Shown: positions 1-10,900, counted from the stretch's first letter. The stretch: DNA of 28,871 nucleotides from a virus (IMGVR_UViG_3300033076_000570:1-28871), one strand, 5' to 3'. Translations and numbers: made by a program. Notes: a model not told the origin generated them from the letters alone.

Positions 1-2
1 AC

Positions 3-692
3 GATGGCAGTAATGAAATTTCTCAGTGGACTGATAGTGTAAATGGATTTAACATGGTATATAATCCATCATACTTCAAACCCGCCTATGTTTCTTCTGA
101 TGCACTTGTAAATAATAAACCAGTTGTTCAACTTGCTGCAAGCACCCCACTCAAGGCTTCTGGAATTACAACAAATAATATTGTTCATATGTTTGTTGTG
201 TTGCAGCAAAGAACTTGGACAAGTGCTTCACAAATTTTTGCCTTAGGTTATGGTGGTTCAACCATCTTTTCTCTTAAACAAAAGAATGGTGGTAGCACTC
301 CTGAGATAGAAGGTTTCACAGGAGCAGCTTCAATTGGAACACTGTCACAAGTTCCTGTTGGGGTAAGTGCAGCATTTCGTATAATTGAAATTGTTTTAAC
401 AGATCTTGTTTCTGCTGTAATAAATGTTTATCCAATAACTGGTGGTGCTGCACTTGAAACAATAAGTTATTTATTGCCTCCTGCAATAACTTATAATGAA
501 ATTTCTATTGGTATCGCTGGTGCAACTACATGTGTAGATGTTGCTGCTCTATTTGGTTACGGAACTATGCAACAATCTTCTGATGTTACTTTAGTGCTTG
601 ATTATCTCGCAGAAAAATATGGTGGAGTTGAACAAGAATTCTCTCTACCCCTTGCCTTTGGAGAAGGTAATGCTTGGCTCTCAAATGACTGA
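3..692 (+). CDS. Tail-associated protein, LamG/concanavalin-like beta-sandwich (5' truncated by the window)
   Basis: Frame is open from base 3 (DGSNEISQWTDSVNGFNMV...). ISQWTD..NG and the terminal YLAEKYG resemble LamG-like phage tail domains. Lies directly before the fibre gene. Confidence 0.5.
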   Translation, partial: DGSNEISQWTDSVNGFNMVYNPSYFKPAYVSSDALVNNKPVVQLAASTPLKASGITTNNIVHMFVVLQQRTWTSASQIFALGYGGSTIFSLKQKNGGSTPEIEGFTGAASIGTLSQVPVGVSAAFRIIEIVLTDLVSAVINVYPITGGAALETISYLLPPAITYNEISIGIAGATTCVDVAALFGYGTMQQSSDVTLVLDYLAEKYGGVEQEFSLPLAFGEGNAWLSND

Positions 693-695
693 ACT

Positions 696-1775
696 ATGAA
701 AATTAAACTATTCCCCATTCTGACATTGTTTCCGATTTCGCTGCTTGCTGCAACAAATGAGCCTGCCCTCCGTAAAGGTTGGGATTTCACTGGCCAAAGC
801 AGAATAGCTGCAAGTCAACTAAATCAACTTGTTGATAATTCATACCCAACAAATGGACGTTCTTGGGTTATTTCAACAAACTTGCAACCCGATCACACAA
901 ACAATGCTTACATTACAAATAGCATTTGGGTTGATTATTCTACACAACCTCCCACAATTAAAGTTTGGACTGCTTCTTCAAATGTGTGGAATCAAATCAT
1001 CGTAACAAATGTTACTCCCGGTGATAATACAGTTTCAACAGCAAAAATTGTTAATGGTGCTGTTACATCTGACAAGATTGGAGCAGGTGCAGTTACAACT
1101 GCCAAGATTTCTTCTGGAAATATTACACCTGATCTAATTGCTAGTGATGCTGTGACGCGTCCAAAGATTTTGAATGGTTCGATTGATGGAACAAAGTTGA
1201 CAAATGGTGCTATTGACAGTGCCAATTTGTTTTCTGCTGGTGTAATCACTCGAACAATTCTTGCAGATAATTCTGTTGGAGCAACTGTAATTTCCAATTT
1301 CGCTATTGGAGCAGACAAGCTTCAATCGAACAGCATCTTTGGTTATGCCATTTCAAATGGTGTTGTGAACAGTGATAAAATTGGTGCTGGCGCTCTTGTA
1401 AATAGTAATTATGCTGCACGTTCTGTTTCAACTAACAGTGTTGACACAAACATTTATCATCTATTGCCTAAAGTTTGGGCTGTAATTAATCCAGCATCAC
1501 AACATGTTACAAATCAACATGGTTTTAATTTGATTTCGTCTATCAGCACGCCTGCCGCTGGTTTAACAATCGTTACTTTTGCTACAGCATTCCCTAATAC
1601 AAATTATAATGTAATTGTAACAGCAGCAGGAGCTTCCCCAGGAAGTTCTAAACTTGCTTATGATGCTGCATATGTAAGCAATACTACTACAACAGTTACA
1701 TTGCTTTTTAATGATAATGCTGGTAGCGCAGTTTCTCCTACAAATGCAAGTTTAATTATTTACAATAACCAATAA
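696..1775 (+). CDS. Tail fibre-like protein with decapeptide repeats and an apparent N-terminal signal peptide
   Basis: About 14 imperfect xxGAVTxxKI repeats; C-terminal beta domain (VTFATAFPNTNYNVIVT) typical of fibre tips; N-terminus MKIKLFPILTLFPISLLAA. Confidence 0.7.
   Translation: MKIKLFPILTLFPISLLAATNEPALRKGWDFTGQSRIAASQLNQLVDNSYPTNGRSWVISTNLQPDHTNNAYITNSIWVDYSTQPPTIKVWTASSNVWNQIIVTNVTPGDNTVSTAKIVNGAVTSDKIGAGAVTTAKISSGNITPDLIASDAVTRPKILNGSIDGTKLTNGAIDSANLFSAGVITRTILADNSVGATVISNFAIGADKLQSNSIFGYAISNGVVNSDKIGAGALVNSNYAARSVSTNSVDTNIYHLLPKVWAVINPASQHVTNQHGFNLISSISTPAAGLTIVTFATAFPNTNYNVIVTAAGASPGSSKLAYDAAYVSNTTTTVTLLFNDNAGSAVSPTNASLIIYNNQ
1020..1443 (+). repeat. Coding 30-bp/10-aa imperfect tandem repeat
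   Basis: GDNTVSTAKI VNGAVTSDKI GAGAVTTAKI SSGNITPDLI ASDAVTRPKI LNGSIDGTKL ... SNGVVNSDKI. Confidence 0.85.
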
Positions 1776-2743
1776 TGAGCCTCTCATCTATTAGAGCAGA
1801 ACTTGCTGCCGATCTTAATATTCGTATTGAGACTGCGTCTGAAAAGACATTTCTCAATGACAAGATAAACAAAGCAGCAGAAGAAATCTTTGAGAAGCGT
1901 GACCTGCGAAATTCTCTAAGAGAGCAACTTTTTGTTCTTACAACAAACCAGCAACTTATTACGTTGCCTTCTTATGTTTATCGTTTGCGTAAAGTTCGCA
2001 ACTATGATTTCTCACTGCCTGTAAATAATATTGATCTTCGACCACGCTATAGTCAATTTGGTTGGTATGAGCAAGGACTTAAATTTCGTGTAGTTCAAGA
2101 GAATGCTGCGCTTCAACGTGATATTGAAAATCAAGGGCCAATTACCTTGACTCTTTCAGAAGCGGCATCGGCTGCATTTGCAGTAACTATTACTGGAAAG
2201 ACAGCAAATGCTGATAGGGTTGTAGAGGTTCTTGTGTTCAATGCTGGAGACACTACAAAAACTACGACAAAATCATGGGAAGATATTGAATCTATTGAGA
2301 AGTCTGCTATTACAAATGAAAATTTGGTTGTAGCAGATATGGATGGCAATCAGATTTCAGCAATTAGTAATGCTGAACTCATTGCTCGTTTCATGAAAGT
2401 TCAAGTTCTTGAACGATTCGAACAATTCGCAGAGAATCCAATTTATGAAGTTCTCTACAAAGTTCGCTTCAATCAATTCAAGAATGATGGAGACAACTTC
2501 CAATGTGGAAATGAATACGACAAAGCAATTTATTGGAAAGTAATTGAACTGATGGCTGCTAAACAAGATGGCGATGATGCTATGAAGCGAGTTATTGGTG
2601 CACAAACCAAGTGTGAACAAGTGATAAATGACATTGAGAGAAATGCTGCTGACGGTCAAAGCAAACGATTGGAATTTTCTCCTTGTCCCTTCTATGATTT
2701 GTTTTCTCGTCCGACGCTGCCTCACAATTTAATTCTAGATTAA
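1775..2743 (+). CDS. Putative head-tail adaptor / tail tubular protein A-like
   Basis: Helical N-terminus (LNDKINKAAEEI), ITLPSY motif and position directly before the nozzle gene; TAATG stop/start overlap. Confidence 0.55.
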   Translation: MSLSSIRAELAADLNIRIETASEKTFLNDKINKAAEEIFEKRDLRNSLREQLFVLTTNQQLITLPSYVYRLRKVRNYDFSLPVNNIDLRPRYSQFGWYEQGLKFRVVQENAALQRDIENQGPITLTLSEAASAAFAVTITGKTANADRVVEVLVFNAGDTTKTTTKSWEDIESIEKSAITNENLVVADMDGNQISAISNAELIARFMKVQVLERFEQFAENPIYEVLYKVRFNQFKNDGDNFQCGNEYDKAIYWKVIELMAAKQDGDDAMKRVIGAQTKCEQVINDIERNAADGQSKRLEFSPCPFYDLFSRPTLPHNLILD

Positions 2744-2745
2744 TA

Positions 2746-4680
2746 ATGGGAGAACAACTTTCATTAATTCAAAAAACATTTTCGGGTGGATTCAATCGAA
2801 TCTATGACCCGACAAAATTGTCTAGAGACGCTTATCCACTTTTAGTAAATGGTCGTCTCAGGGATGAGATGATTCGTCCCATTCAAAAACCTGTAAGATT
2901 TACTTCTGGTTTGCCTGCATCATACACAAGATTTCAAGGAGGATATGCAGCAGGAAATATCTCTCTAGTGTTTATTGATGGTGCAGCATACTACAGAAAT
3001 CACGAATTGATTAATTCTGCATATGTGCAGATTACAGGATTTCAAATGGATGCTGGTGTTGAAACAATTTTTGCTGAACTTGTTCCTGCATCTAGCATTA
3101 ATTTTGAAAGGAAAGCTGCAAGTTCAACAGATGCTGCACAAGGTGTAACTATTTCATCCCCGATTGATGCATCACAGACTTGTGTTGTTTGCCAAGATGG
3201 AGTTTCCCAGCCTCAATTGATTTTCTCAAATGGAACTACTGCTCCAGCACAAAATTGGTCACAGTGGTCTTTGTCCAACAGAGAGTATGTTCCAATCGGA
3301 AAACAAATGCTCTATCAAGATGGAGTTCTTTATATTGTTGCTCCTGATGGAATCTCATTTTATCGCAGCGTAACAGGACGTCCACTAGATTTCATTATTT
3401 GTGTTGACACAAACGGAAACAAACTCGGAACAGAATCTGAGAGTGGTGCACAGGTAATGTCACATGCTGTAAGTTACGACCCAATTACAGCAATTCGTCG
3501 TTCTAATACACAAAATAAAGAATTCATCCTTTCTACAAGGAAAGCTACTTGGCTAGTTAGGCCGCGTCTTGATACTTTGATTTATGGAGAGCCTGTATTC
3601 TCAAATCAATTTCTATTTGACACTGGAGCAGTCAATCAATTCTCTATTTGTGAGTTACTTGGTGACACGGCATTGATTGATACTGCAAGTATTCGCTCGT
3701 TCAACTCCGTTCTTAATACTGCAAACGAAGGTAAGAATACACCATTCTCTAGGATGATTAATTCTATCTTTGAAGGAGTTGTTCAACCTGATACTGCTTG
3801 TGCATTTCCATTTGATAATTATTCATTGTTCTCCGTTTATAGTGTATATGGGCCGATTGTAATGGTCTATGACAATCTGACAGAGAAATTTGTTGGTTTT
3901 GATATTTATGCTGGGGTTGCTGCTATCCGTCAATTTTTTGAAGTTAAAGTTGGGACTACTCGCGAATTGTTTTTCATTACAACTGACCATAAGCTTTATA
4001 AAGCTTTTGCTTCTACATCAAGGGAAACATGTAAGTTTTATTTTGGTGACCTAACTTCTGATGATCCAGAAATTAATCTATCAATAGATACAATTCAGTC
4101 AATCTTTCTTAATTCAAAAGAAGCTGGCATCGTTTATGCTACAGTCTTTGTAGATGGTAAGCAGTCCGGTGATACTTTGACAGATACCGTTAAAGAGATT
4201 TTAACGCCAGAAGCAGTTCCAATTAGTTTTCCGTTTGGCCCATCTGATAAAGATAGAGCTAAACCAATAAACTTTAAGATCAATCAATCATTTTCTGGTT
4301 GGGCTGTTGGTGTAATGTTTGAATGGTCATTTGATACTTGTTTGTCGACAGTCAAACTTATTCTAAATAAAGAACGACAAAGAAATTCTTACGAAGGCCA
4401 AGCACATGACATGGCACGCTATAGTTCAGCAACTAAAATTTCTTTGGAAAGATTTACTCCTAGCACTGGAGGAATTGGAACAGTAGTTTTATTGATTGGT
4501 GTTGGATTTTTGAACGTAACTGATGTGAAATTGAACAATGTATCTCTTGCCGGTCAATATCAAATCCTTGACGATAATTCAATTTCCATCATTATTCCCA
4601 GCACTGCAACAAGTGGAACGTTCAGAATATCGAGTGCAAACGACGAAGTTGAGTCAGCCACAACATTCACAGTTACATGA
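2746..4680 (+). CDS. Putative tail nozzle / tail tubular protein B-like, with C-terminal IPT/TIG Ig-like domain
   Basis: Starts with QKTFSGG, is beta-rich and 644 aa long; C-terminus FTPSTGGIGTVVLLIGVGF...VKLN...IPSTATSGTFRI matches the IPT/TIG pattern. Confidence 0.65.
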   Translation: MGEQLSLIQKTFSGGFNRIYDPTKLSRDAYPLLVNGRLRDEMIRPIQKPVRFTSGLPASYTRFQGGYAAGNISLVFIDGAAYYRNHELINSAYVQITGFQMDAGVETIFAELVPASSINFERKAASSTDAAQGVTISSPIDASQTCVVCQDGVSQPQLIFSNGTTAPAQNWSQWSLSNREYVPIGKQMLYQDGVLYIVAPDGISFYRSVTGRPLDFIICVDTNGNKLGTESESGAQVMSHAVSYDPITAIRRSNTQNKEFILSTRKATWLVRPRLDTLIYGEPVFSNQFLFDTGAVNQFSICELLGDTALIDTASIRSFNSVLNTANEGKNTPFSRMINSIFEGVVQPDTACAFPFDNYSLFSVYSVYGPIVMVYDNLTEKFVGFDIYAGVAAIRQFFEVKVGTTRELFFITTDHKLYKAFASTSRETCKFYFGDLTSDDPEINLSIDTIQSIFLNSKEAGIVYATVFVDGKQSGDTLTDTVKEILTPEAVPISFPFGPSDKDRAKPINFKINQSFSGWAVGVMFEWSFDTCLSTVKLILNKERQRNSYEGQAHDMARYSSATKISLERFTPSTGGIGTVVLLIGVGFLNVTDVKLNNVSLAGQYQILDDNSISIIIPSTATSGTFRISSANDEVESATTFTVT

Positions 4681-5023
4681 AGCTATTAAATATATCCGCT
4701 CACACCCAAGATTCCCGCACTTGTCGTGCAATTGGACAGACGATGAAATTTCTTTGGAAATTGGCAATTCCATTTGCAATGGGACTTTGCATTGGTGTAG
4801 TGACTCTTATGGCACTATCACTGGTATTGCTTGCGGGCGGGTCAGCCATAACCAGTGTAATGTTCATTGTTCTCTTATTGTCACTGACAATCTCAATATC
4901 GCTAGGGATATGCTTGTTGCTTTTCGTAATCGTTTTCCAGGATACACGTTGTCTGCCACAAGACACGGAAGATACAAAAAGTATAACATAGAACAACTTT
5001 ATGGGCACCTCAGCACCACCTAA
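4649..5023 (+). CDS. GNAT-fold-like protein at the post-nozzle position (probable TTG start)
   Basis: Frame of ORF 4538..5023; TTG at 4649 minimises overlap with the nozzle gene. Alpha/beta pattern (LHWCSDSYGTITGIACG..NVHCSLIV) and T-ending codons. Synteny matches podovirus acetyltransferase-like genes. Confidence 0.45.
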   Translation: MSQPQHSQLHEAIKYIRSHPRFPHLSCNWTDDEISLEIGNSICNGTLHWCSDSYGTITGIACGRVSHNQCNVHCSLIVTDNLNIARDMLVAFRNRFPGYTLSATRHGRYKKYNIEQLYGHLSTT

Positions 5024-5312
5024 AAATCCTCCATACCAACCAATTTATCCCGTATCATACAATTCTACGGGAGAAATGCTATTTCCGTCTGCCATGAAAG
5101 CGCCGACAACTCCACAAACTAAAGGAGTTGTTAGGCCCGCACTTTCTAAACCGGCAGAAGCTAACACTAAAGGTGCATATAACAAGTATGCACAAATGCA
5201 ACCACAATCAACAATTCCAGCTCCCTCCAGTGGAGCAACAAATCCATTGTATGAACAATGGTTGGCCTATGCTACTAAAATGCTAGACCCGAATCTACAC
5301 CGGAAAGGATAA
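5001..5312 (+). CDS. Pro-rich hypothetical protein, probable internal virion protein
   Basis: MGTSAPPKNPPY start, low complexity, located in the ejection module. Confidence 0.5.
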   Translation: MGTSAPPKNPPYQPIYPVSYNSTGEMLFPSAMKAPTTPQTKGVVRPALSKPAEANTKGAYNKYAQMQPQSTIPAPSSGATNPLYEQWLAYATKMLDPNLHRKG

Positions 5313-5321
5313 CATAACTTT

Positions 5322-6101
5322 ATGGGAGAAGATAGAGCAGCACAACCAGTAAGTTTAGCCGTAAAAGATATTCTTGAAGCCGCCACAGGTGGACTTCCAG
5401 ATTTGATGCGGGTAATTAACTCGCAAATTTTGCCATCTGAAATGGCTAAATTTGGTGCTTCGAGTGTTATTTCTCCCGGCATTGCAAATCTGCAAGCTGA
5501 TATTTATGATACTGCCGGTCGAAGGATGAATGAGATTGGCAATGAGATTACACGTGCTAATGCAGCGGCAGATGCTCAAACATTGGAAGGCCCAGGATTT
5601 AGTGTTGTTTCTGCCCTGAAAAATCTTCAAGATGTAATTGATCCAGAAGTTGCACGAGTTCGTTCTGCTACTGGTAATGCTATTACTGACAGGATTACTA
5701 AGGGAATTAGTGGAAGTGAAGAAGCTGGAATTGAACGTTATTTGAATAGGGAACGTCAAATGAGTGGGACTGGTAATGTTCGTTCTAATACTGAAGTTAC
5801 TAAAGGTGCACTTAATTTTGGACAAGCTGGACGCACTGCATTGGACAATGCGCTAATGCAAGCAAACACATTTCTGCAAACCGGCCGATCTGGTGTTGAC
5901 ACTTTCAAAGTAGCAACCGGCAAATCTTCAAATATGGGAGATGCTCGATTCACTGGTGTTCAATCTCCAGGAAATGATAGTGCAAATCTTGGTTCAAATC
6001 TACTTGGACAAGCTGGTCAAATTCAAAATACAGGTGCTCAGATTAATGCCAACCGTTCTTCTGCATTTCAAAATGTTGTTGGAGCCTTGCCTGATTACTG
6101 A
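5322..6101 (+). CDS. Putative internal virion / DNA ejection protein
   Basis: G/A/N/Q/S-rich, helical, with a Gly-rich C-terminus; located between tail genes and the giant ORF. Confidence 0.55.
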   Translation: MGEDRAAQPVSLAVKDILEAATGGLPDLMRVINSQILPSEMAKFGASSVISPGIANLQADIYDTAGRRMNEIGNEITRANAAADAQTLEGPGFSVVSALKNLQDVIDPEVARVRSATGNAITDRITKGISGSEEAGIERYLNRERQMSGTGNVRSNTEVTKGALNFGQAGRTALDNALMQANTFLQTGRSGVDTFKVATGKSSNMGDARFTGVQSPGNDSANLGSNLLGQAGQIQNTGAQINANRSSAFQNVVGALPDY

Positions 6102-6104
6102 TAA

Positions 6105-6554
6105 ATGAGCGATAATCTTCAAAAGAAAATTGAGCAACTCCTTGCACCGCATCCCGAGGCATGGGAGTTTGTTCTTAAATACAATGAGTATTGTCATGCT
6201 GTTGATGATATCATTGATGATGAAAAGAAACGTGCTGATAATGAATTTATTCTTAAAGCCTTTCAATTGGCTGCTGATGTTTATTCAACGCCATTCTATC
6301 GGAGGCATGTAGATGTTCTCAGGCCAATTGAGTTCATGGTGAACAATACTTATGCAGATTCCGTTAAATGGGAAAAATCCGCAGAAACATGGAAACGCCG
6401 AGATGCACAAGCAATTCGTCATGTTGGAATTGATATGTTTTTTATTGTTGTTGCTATTACTTATGGGCGTGAAACCATGCGTGAATTATCTGATGAGATG
6501 AGAACTTATAGTCACCTAAAACACATGAAAGAAGAAGGATTGAATCATGATTAA
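6105..6554 (+). CDS. Small all-helical DDxxD protein (isoprenoid synthase/prenyltransferase-like)
   Basis: YCHAVDDIIDD aspartate-rich motif at a helix end, followed by a helical pattern. Confidence 0.5.
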   Translation: MSDNLQKKIEQLLAPHPEAWEFVLKYNEYCHAVDDIIDDEKKRADNEFILKAFQLAADVYSTPFYRRHVDVLRPIEFMVNNTYADSVKWEKSAETWKRRDAQAIRHVGIDMFFIVVAITYGRETMRELSDEMRTYSHLKHMKEEGLNHD

Positions 6555-6906
6555 TAAAGATGGAGTTGCTACTTGTGTAAAGTTGTTTAAATGGGGTAAC
6601 AAACAGGTTGAACTTGTTTTCATTCCTGCAGGACGCCGTGTTGAGCCACACACTCACGCACACATGAATAAAGAGCTTACGCTTCTATTTGGAAAGGCTG
6701 ATTTTCATCGAGTTGATTCTTTGTCACAGAGTGAGCGGCATTTGACAGTGAATTTTTTTAAACATTTTCTCCGCACATTTACAGTAAAATATTACCATAC
6801 ACATTGGACTGACAATGTAAAGTGGCCTCTAGTTTTTCTTTTGTGGGAGAATTGGAATATCTCGCCAAAGAGCGAAGTAACATCTTTTGAATTACAGAAA
6901 GTCTAA
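6547..6906 (+). CDS. Cupin-fold protein
   Basis: IPAGRRVEPHTHAHMNKELTLLFG (motif 1, HxH...E) and YYHTHW (motif 2 His). Confidence 0.65.
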   Translation: MINKDGVATCVKLFKWGNKQVELVFIPAGRRVEPHTHAHMNKELTLLFGKADFHRVDSLSQSERHLTVNFFKHFLRTFTVKYYHTHWTDNVKWPLVFLLWENWNISPKSEVTSFELQKV

Positions 6907-6909
6907 CAT

Positions 6910-7899
6910 ATGCCTTCTCAAGCATCTCATAATTATCAAATGTCCGAAAGAGTCGGACAGAAATTTTCTAAATTGGTTGGTGGAATTCTTGGTGGATTGA
7001 ATAGCGGGGCTAGTGCCATGCCTACACAAATGAATGAATTCTATTCTCCTTCATTTGAATCCCCAGAAGATTTTATGGGAAGGGTTGCAGAAACTCCTGG
7101 AGTTTATGATTATAAAATGGCTCCTCCTGATTCTCCATTTGTTTTGAACAATGAAGCTTCAAAAAAGTTTTATGGAAATATGCTTGAAGAAATGCGAAAG
7201 CAACAAGCTAAAGCTGCTCAAGATGAGGAAGCTGCTGCACGTGCTCATGGATATGCTAAAGAGATGAAAGATCTCGATTATATGTCTGATTTCTTTAAGA
7301 AGTCGGGACTTCCATTTCAATCTGGAATGAGTTACTCTCAAATTCCTATTGAATCTTCAAGCAATATTTATAGTGCCGCACAAACTGAATTGGAAAAACA
7401 AGCTGCTCAAAATCGTCTTGCTGTAATACAGGCAAATGAAGAAATGCCTTATGTTCAAGGAACAGTTTCTCAAAAATTCAATACTGGAGAAACAGAACTG
7501 CAACAAAAACGTCTCAACCTTGATAAAAGCCAAGCTGAATTTAATGCTAAACGTCCTCATCTTGGAACAATTGCACAAAATGAAGCTCTTGCTTCTGGCT
7601 ATCTTCCATTTCCAGGTTCAGCACTTCGTTTGAATGATGGAACTGTGATTAATGTTGACAAAACTGAAATGCCTGTTAGGGATAGTAAAGGTGAACTTAC
7701 AGGTGATACTACTGTTGAACGCAAAGCAACATTCACTCCTGTTGGACAGGGTGGAACTACGGCTTCACCACAAAATCCACCTGATGCTCCTGTCATTGCT
7801 GATGAATCAGAAGTTACTACAACAGGAATTTCTCCTGAGTTAGTTGCTAAAGGATATGTATTTTACAGAGGCAAATTGTATCGAATCAACAAAAAATAA
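6910..7899 (+). CDS. Putative internal virion / ejection protein
   Basis: Gly-rich amphipathic N-terminus (LVGGILGGL), Q/A/E coiled-coil segments, directly before the giant ORF. Confidence 0.55.
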   Translation: MPSQASHNYQMSERVGQKFSKLVGGILGGLNSGASAMPTQMNEFYSPSFESPEDFMGRVAETPGVYDYKMAPPDSPFVLNNEASKKFYGNMLEEMRKQQAKAAQDEEAAARAHGYAKEMKDLDYMSDFFKKSGLPFQSGMSYSQIPIESSSNIYSAAQTELEKQAAQNRLAVIQANEEMPYVQGTVSQKFNTGETELQQKRLNLDKSQAEFNAKRPHLGTIAQNEALASGYLPFPGSALRLNDGTVINVDKTEMPVRDSKGELTGDTTVERKATFTPVGQGGTTASPQNPPDAPVIADESEVTTTGISPELVAKGYVFYRGKLYRINKK

Positions 7900-7902
7900 T
7901 AT

Positions 7903-10900
7903 ATGCCACTTGAATTAATTCCAGTAGATTCGCAATCTCCTTTGACAGGAAATAAGTTAGAACTTATTCCTGCTGAGGAAGAACAAAAGAAAAAGCGCGC
8001 TGCGCTAGAAGCAGAGATGACTGCTGTAAAAGCAGAAGGCAAGAAAACTGGACTTAAAAGTGATGCTATAACAATTTTTGATGACTTTATTGCTACTCCA
8101 GCAATTGATGCTGGTGCGTGGCCTTTTAGTGTTCCACGTATTGCACAAGATTTGATTGAAAAAACTGGACTTCCTGTTGGCCCAAAGATGCCTTACATCT
8201 CAGAACTAGTTCAACCTGACAGTCCGGCACAAAAATCATTCCTCTCTCCTGAAGTTATTTCTGAAGGAATTAAAGATATTTTTAGGGAGCCTCTCCATAA
8301 GAATCGTAATCTTGAAACTACAGAAGATATGACTCCTGAGCAACGCCGTGAAATGCGTGCTGCTCAAATGTTAAATCAACAAGTTTTTGGCAACATTGTT
8401 GCTCGTGGTGGTGTAATTGCAGAACCGAAAGCTCCACTTGATACGTTGGCTTTAACGCCAGAAGGCATTAAGAATCGTTTCATTTCTGGGGCTGCTGATG
8501 AAGTTGGTCATACCATTGCTTCATTTGCAACTCCATTTAATATTGGATTGTTGCCTGTTACTGGCCCTGCAATGGCAACTAAAGCTGCAGTTCAAACTGC
8601 TGCTAAAGTAATTTTTGGTTTGCTTGGTTCTGATATTGCATCAGAAGGTGCTAAAAACGTTGTTGAAGGCGTTCAAGAAGGTTCACCAGAAAAGATTGGT
8701 GCTGGCGCAGTTCAACTTCCTGTTGGTGGAACTATGGTTTTGCCTTCTTTCTTGAATCCTAAGACTCAAAAGACTGGTGCAAAACCGTCAGAAGTTCCTG
8801 ATGCTCATGTTCTTGAACGTGATATTCAACAAGCTGAACAAGCTGCAAAGCCACAAGCTCCTAAACAAGAAGTCGCAACCAAAACAATTACTGAACTTTG
8901 GAATGAAAATGCTGATCTACTCAAGGTAGCAAATGAAACCAAAGGTGAAATTGGAAAAGCTGCAAAAGATCTTGAGAAAAAAGCTAAAGCCTTGAAGGAA
9001 CTTGGGATTGAAATTGATCCCGAACAGATTGCTCCGGAAGCTGTTGAAATTGGAACTAAGAAAATCAGTCAAAAATTAAGTGAACGTGAGGCCACTACAA
9101 ATCTAGCTCCCGAAAAAACTGGTGAGCATATTGCTCCCGATTTTCTTGCTACTCGTCCTGAATTGACTACAGCTGAAAAAGCTCAGCTTGATAAATTGCG
9201 TTCTATTAATGTTGATGAGCTTTCTAAAGCTGACAAAAATACATTGTTGGAACTCGAAAAAATTGAAAAAGAAGCTGGAACATTTTTTGTTGAAGATAAA
9301 GAACTCTTGGCTGCTGTTAAAGAACATGCTCCAGAACTTCTTGAAAAAGATCGTTATGCTCCTGGCCCCGGTGCCGCTCCTGTTACTGACAGGCAGTTGA
9401 TGGTAAATATTCGTCGGGAAATGAATCAAAGATTTGGTCAAGAATGGGCGCCTCCGCATGAAGCAGGATTTGAGAATAAAACATTTGATGCTATCAAAGC
9501 TGAGAAGGCTAAACGTGATGCTGAATTTGAGGCTGCTCGTGCGCAAAAAGTTGCTCAAGATCAAGCATTGCCTGAACAACCTGCTCAAAAACCTCTCACA
9601 CAGAATCAGCTTAATATCACACAAGAATCTCTACGCAAAGAGATTGAGAAAAATCAAATTACTGGACGTCCGCCGGAAGGAGGAAAACTTTATTCTAACC
9701 CAATATTTGAGCCAGGTTTTTGGAAGCTGCCCATTGAAAACATGAAGAAATTGGTTATTGATTTTCTCATGTCAAATAAAGGAACTTCCGGAGAAAAATG
9801 GAAGGCTCGTGAATTGTTGAATGAAATCAACGCTGAGATTAAACGTCAAAGCGGACTTAAGAGGATGGAGCCTGATGCATTCAATGAACAAATGCGTAAG
9901 ATGCGGGAGACTCTTGGAATTAAAGAGGAACCGCCTAAACAAAATTTGGAGAACCAGCAACCTGGAGTGAAGGAGGAAACGCATAAGACAGATGACTTGG
10001 GTTTTGAGAATCAATCTGATACAACCAAAACAACTCCTGTTGCTGGTTCTTCTCCTACATTTGATAAATCTGGACAGGGTCAATTATTGAGTGACCCCTT
10101 CCTAGTGCAAAGCACTGTTAATGCTGCAAAGAAACTAAAGGAACACTTCACAAAGGATGATGATTCCTTTGGCTATAAAGCCGTAGGCGCAATGAATGCT
10201 CCTGCTGAAAAACTACGCTTAACACCGGATAAGGATGGACGTTATACAACTGAGCAACTTGTTGCGCGTCTTGAGAATATTCTTCCGCCGTTTGAAACTT
10301 CTATCTTTAAGGACACTGGAGTGTTTGACAAGATTAAGGCTGTTGGCTCGAAGGTTTCACCTGACGAAGTCAAACGAATTATTTCGGAGAATGCACCAAA
10401 GGTGGAAGTGCATAGTTATGGGATGGAAGGGAAGGTGAGTGAGGCGAAGAAGGAGTATGATAGGATGACGCATGAGTGGTATGATAATCTTAAGCCAGAA
10501 CACAGAGATGTTGTAGATATCGCTAATCCTGTTTTGTTAGATAATCCTAAGGGTTTCTTTCTACATAAGGATTTCACAGAGAAAAATGCTACTTTAGCTG
10601 AAAAGTATATTAAACTAAGAAATCAAATTGAACTTAATCCAGAACCCCACGATACATCTCCCCGTGCAACCTCAGCTTACGACACTGTATCTGCGCTCCC
10701 TACTAACGAACCAATGCCAGATTGGACGACTAGTAAAGAAGGAAAGAATGTTCAGAGGGTGGATGTGGTGATACCTAATAAAAAGTCCCTGACCTATGAT
10801 GAATATCTAAAGAAGAATAACCTACAACACAGCGATGAACTGATGGATAGATGGCACAGACCGCTGAACACACCAGAAGGACTCAGACAGAAAGATACTG

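Noticed and set aside
4125-4140. Intragenic sigma54-like motif TGGCATCGTTTATGCT
   Set aside because: It is in frame with Gly-x-x-x-Ala codons (nnT GGC Ann ... nnT GCT), which this codon bias produces by chance; it cannot be fully excluded as an internal promoter.
8388-8403. Intragenic sigma54-like motif TGGCAACATTGTTGCT
   Set aside because: Same codon artefact; it lies inside the giant ORF with no nearby downstream gene start.
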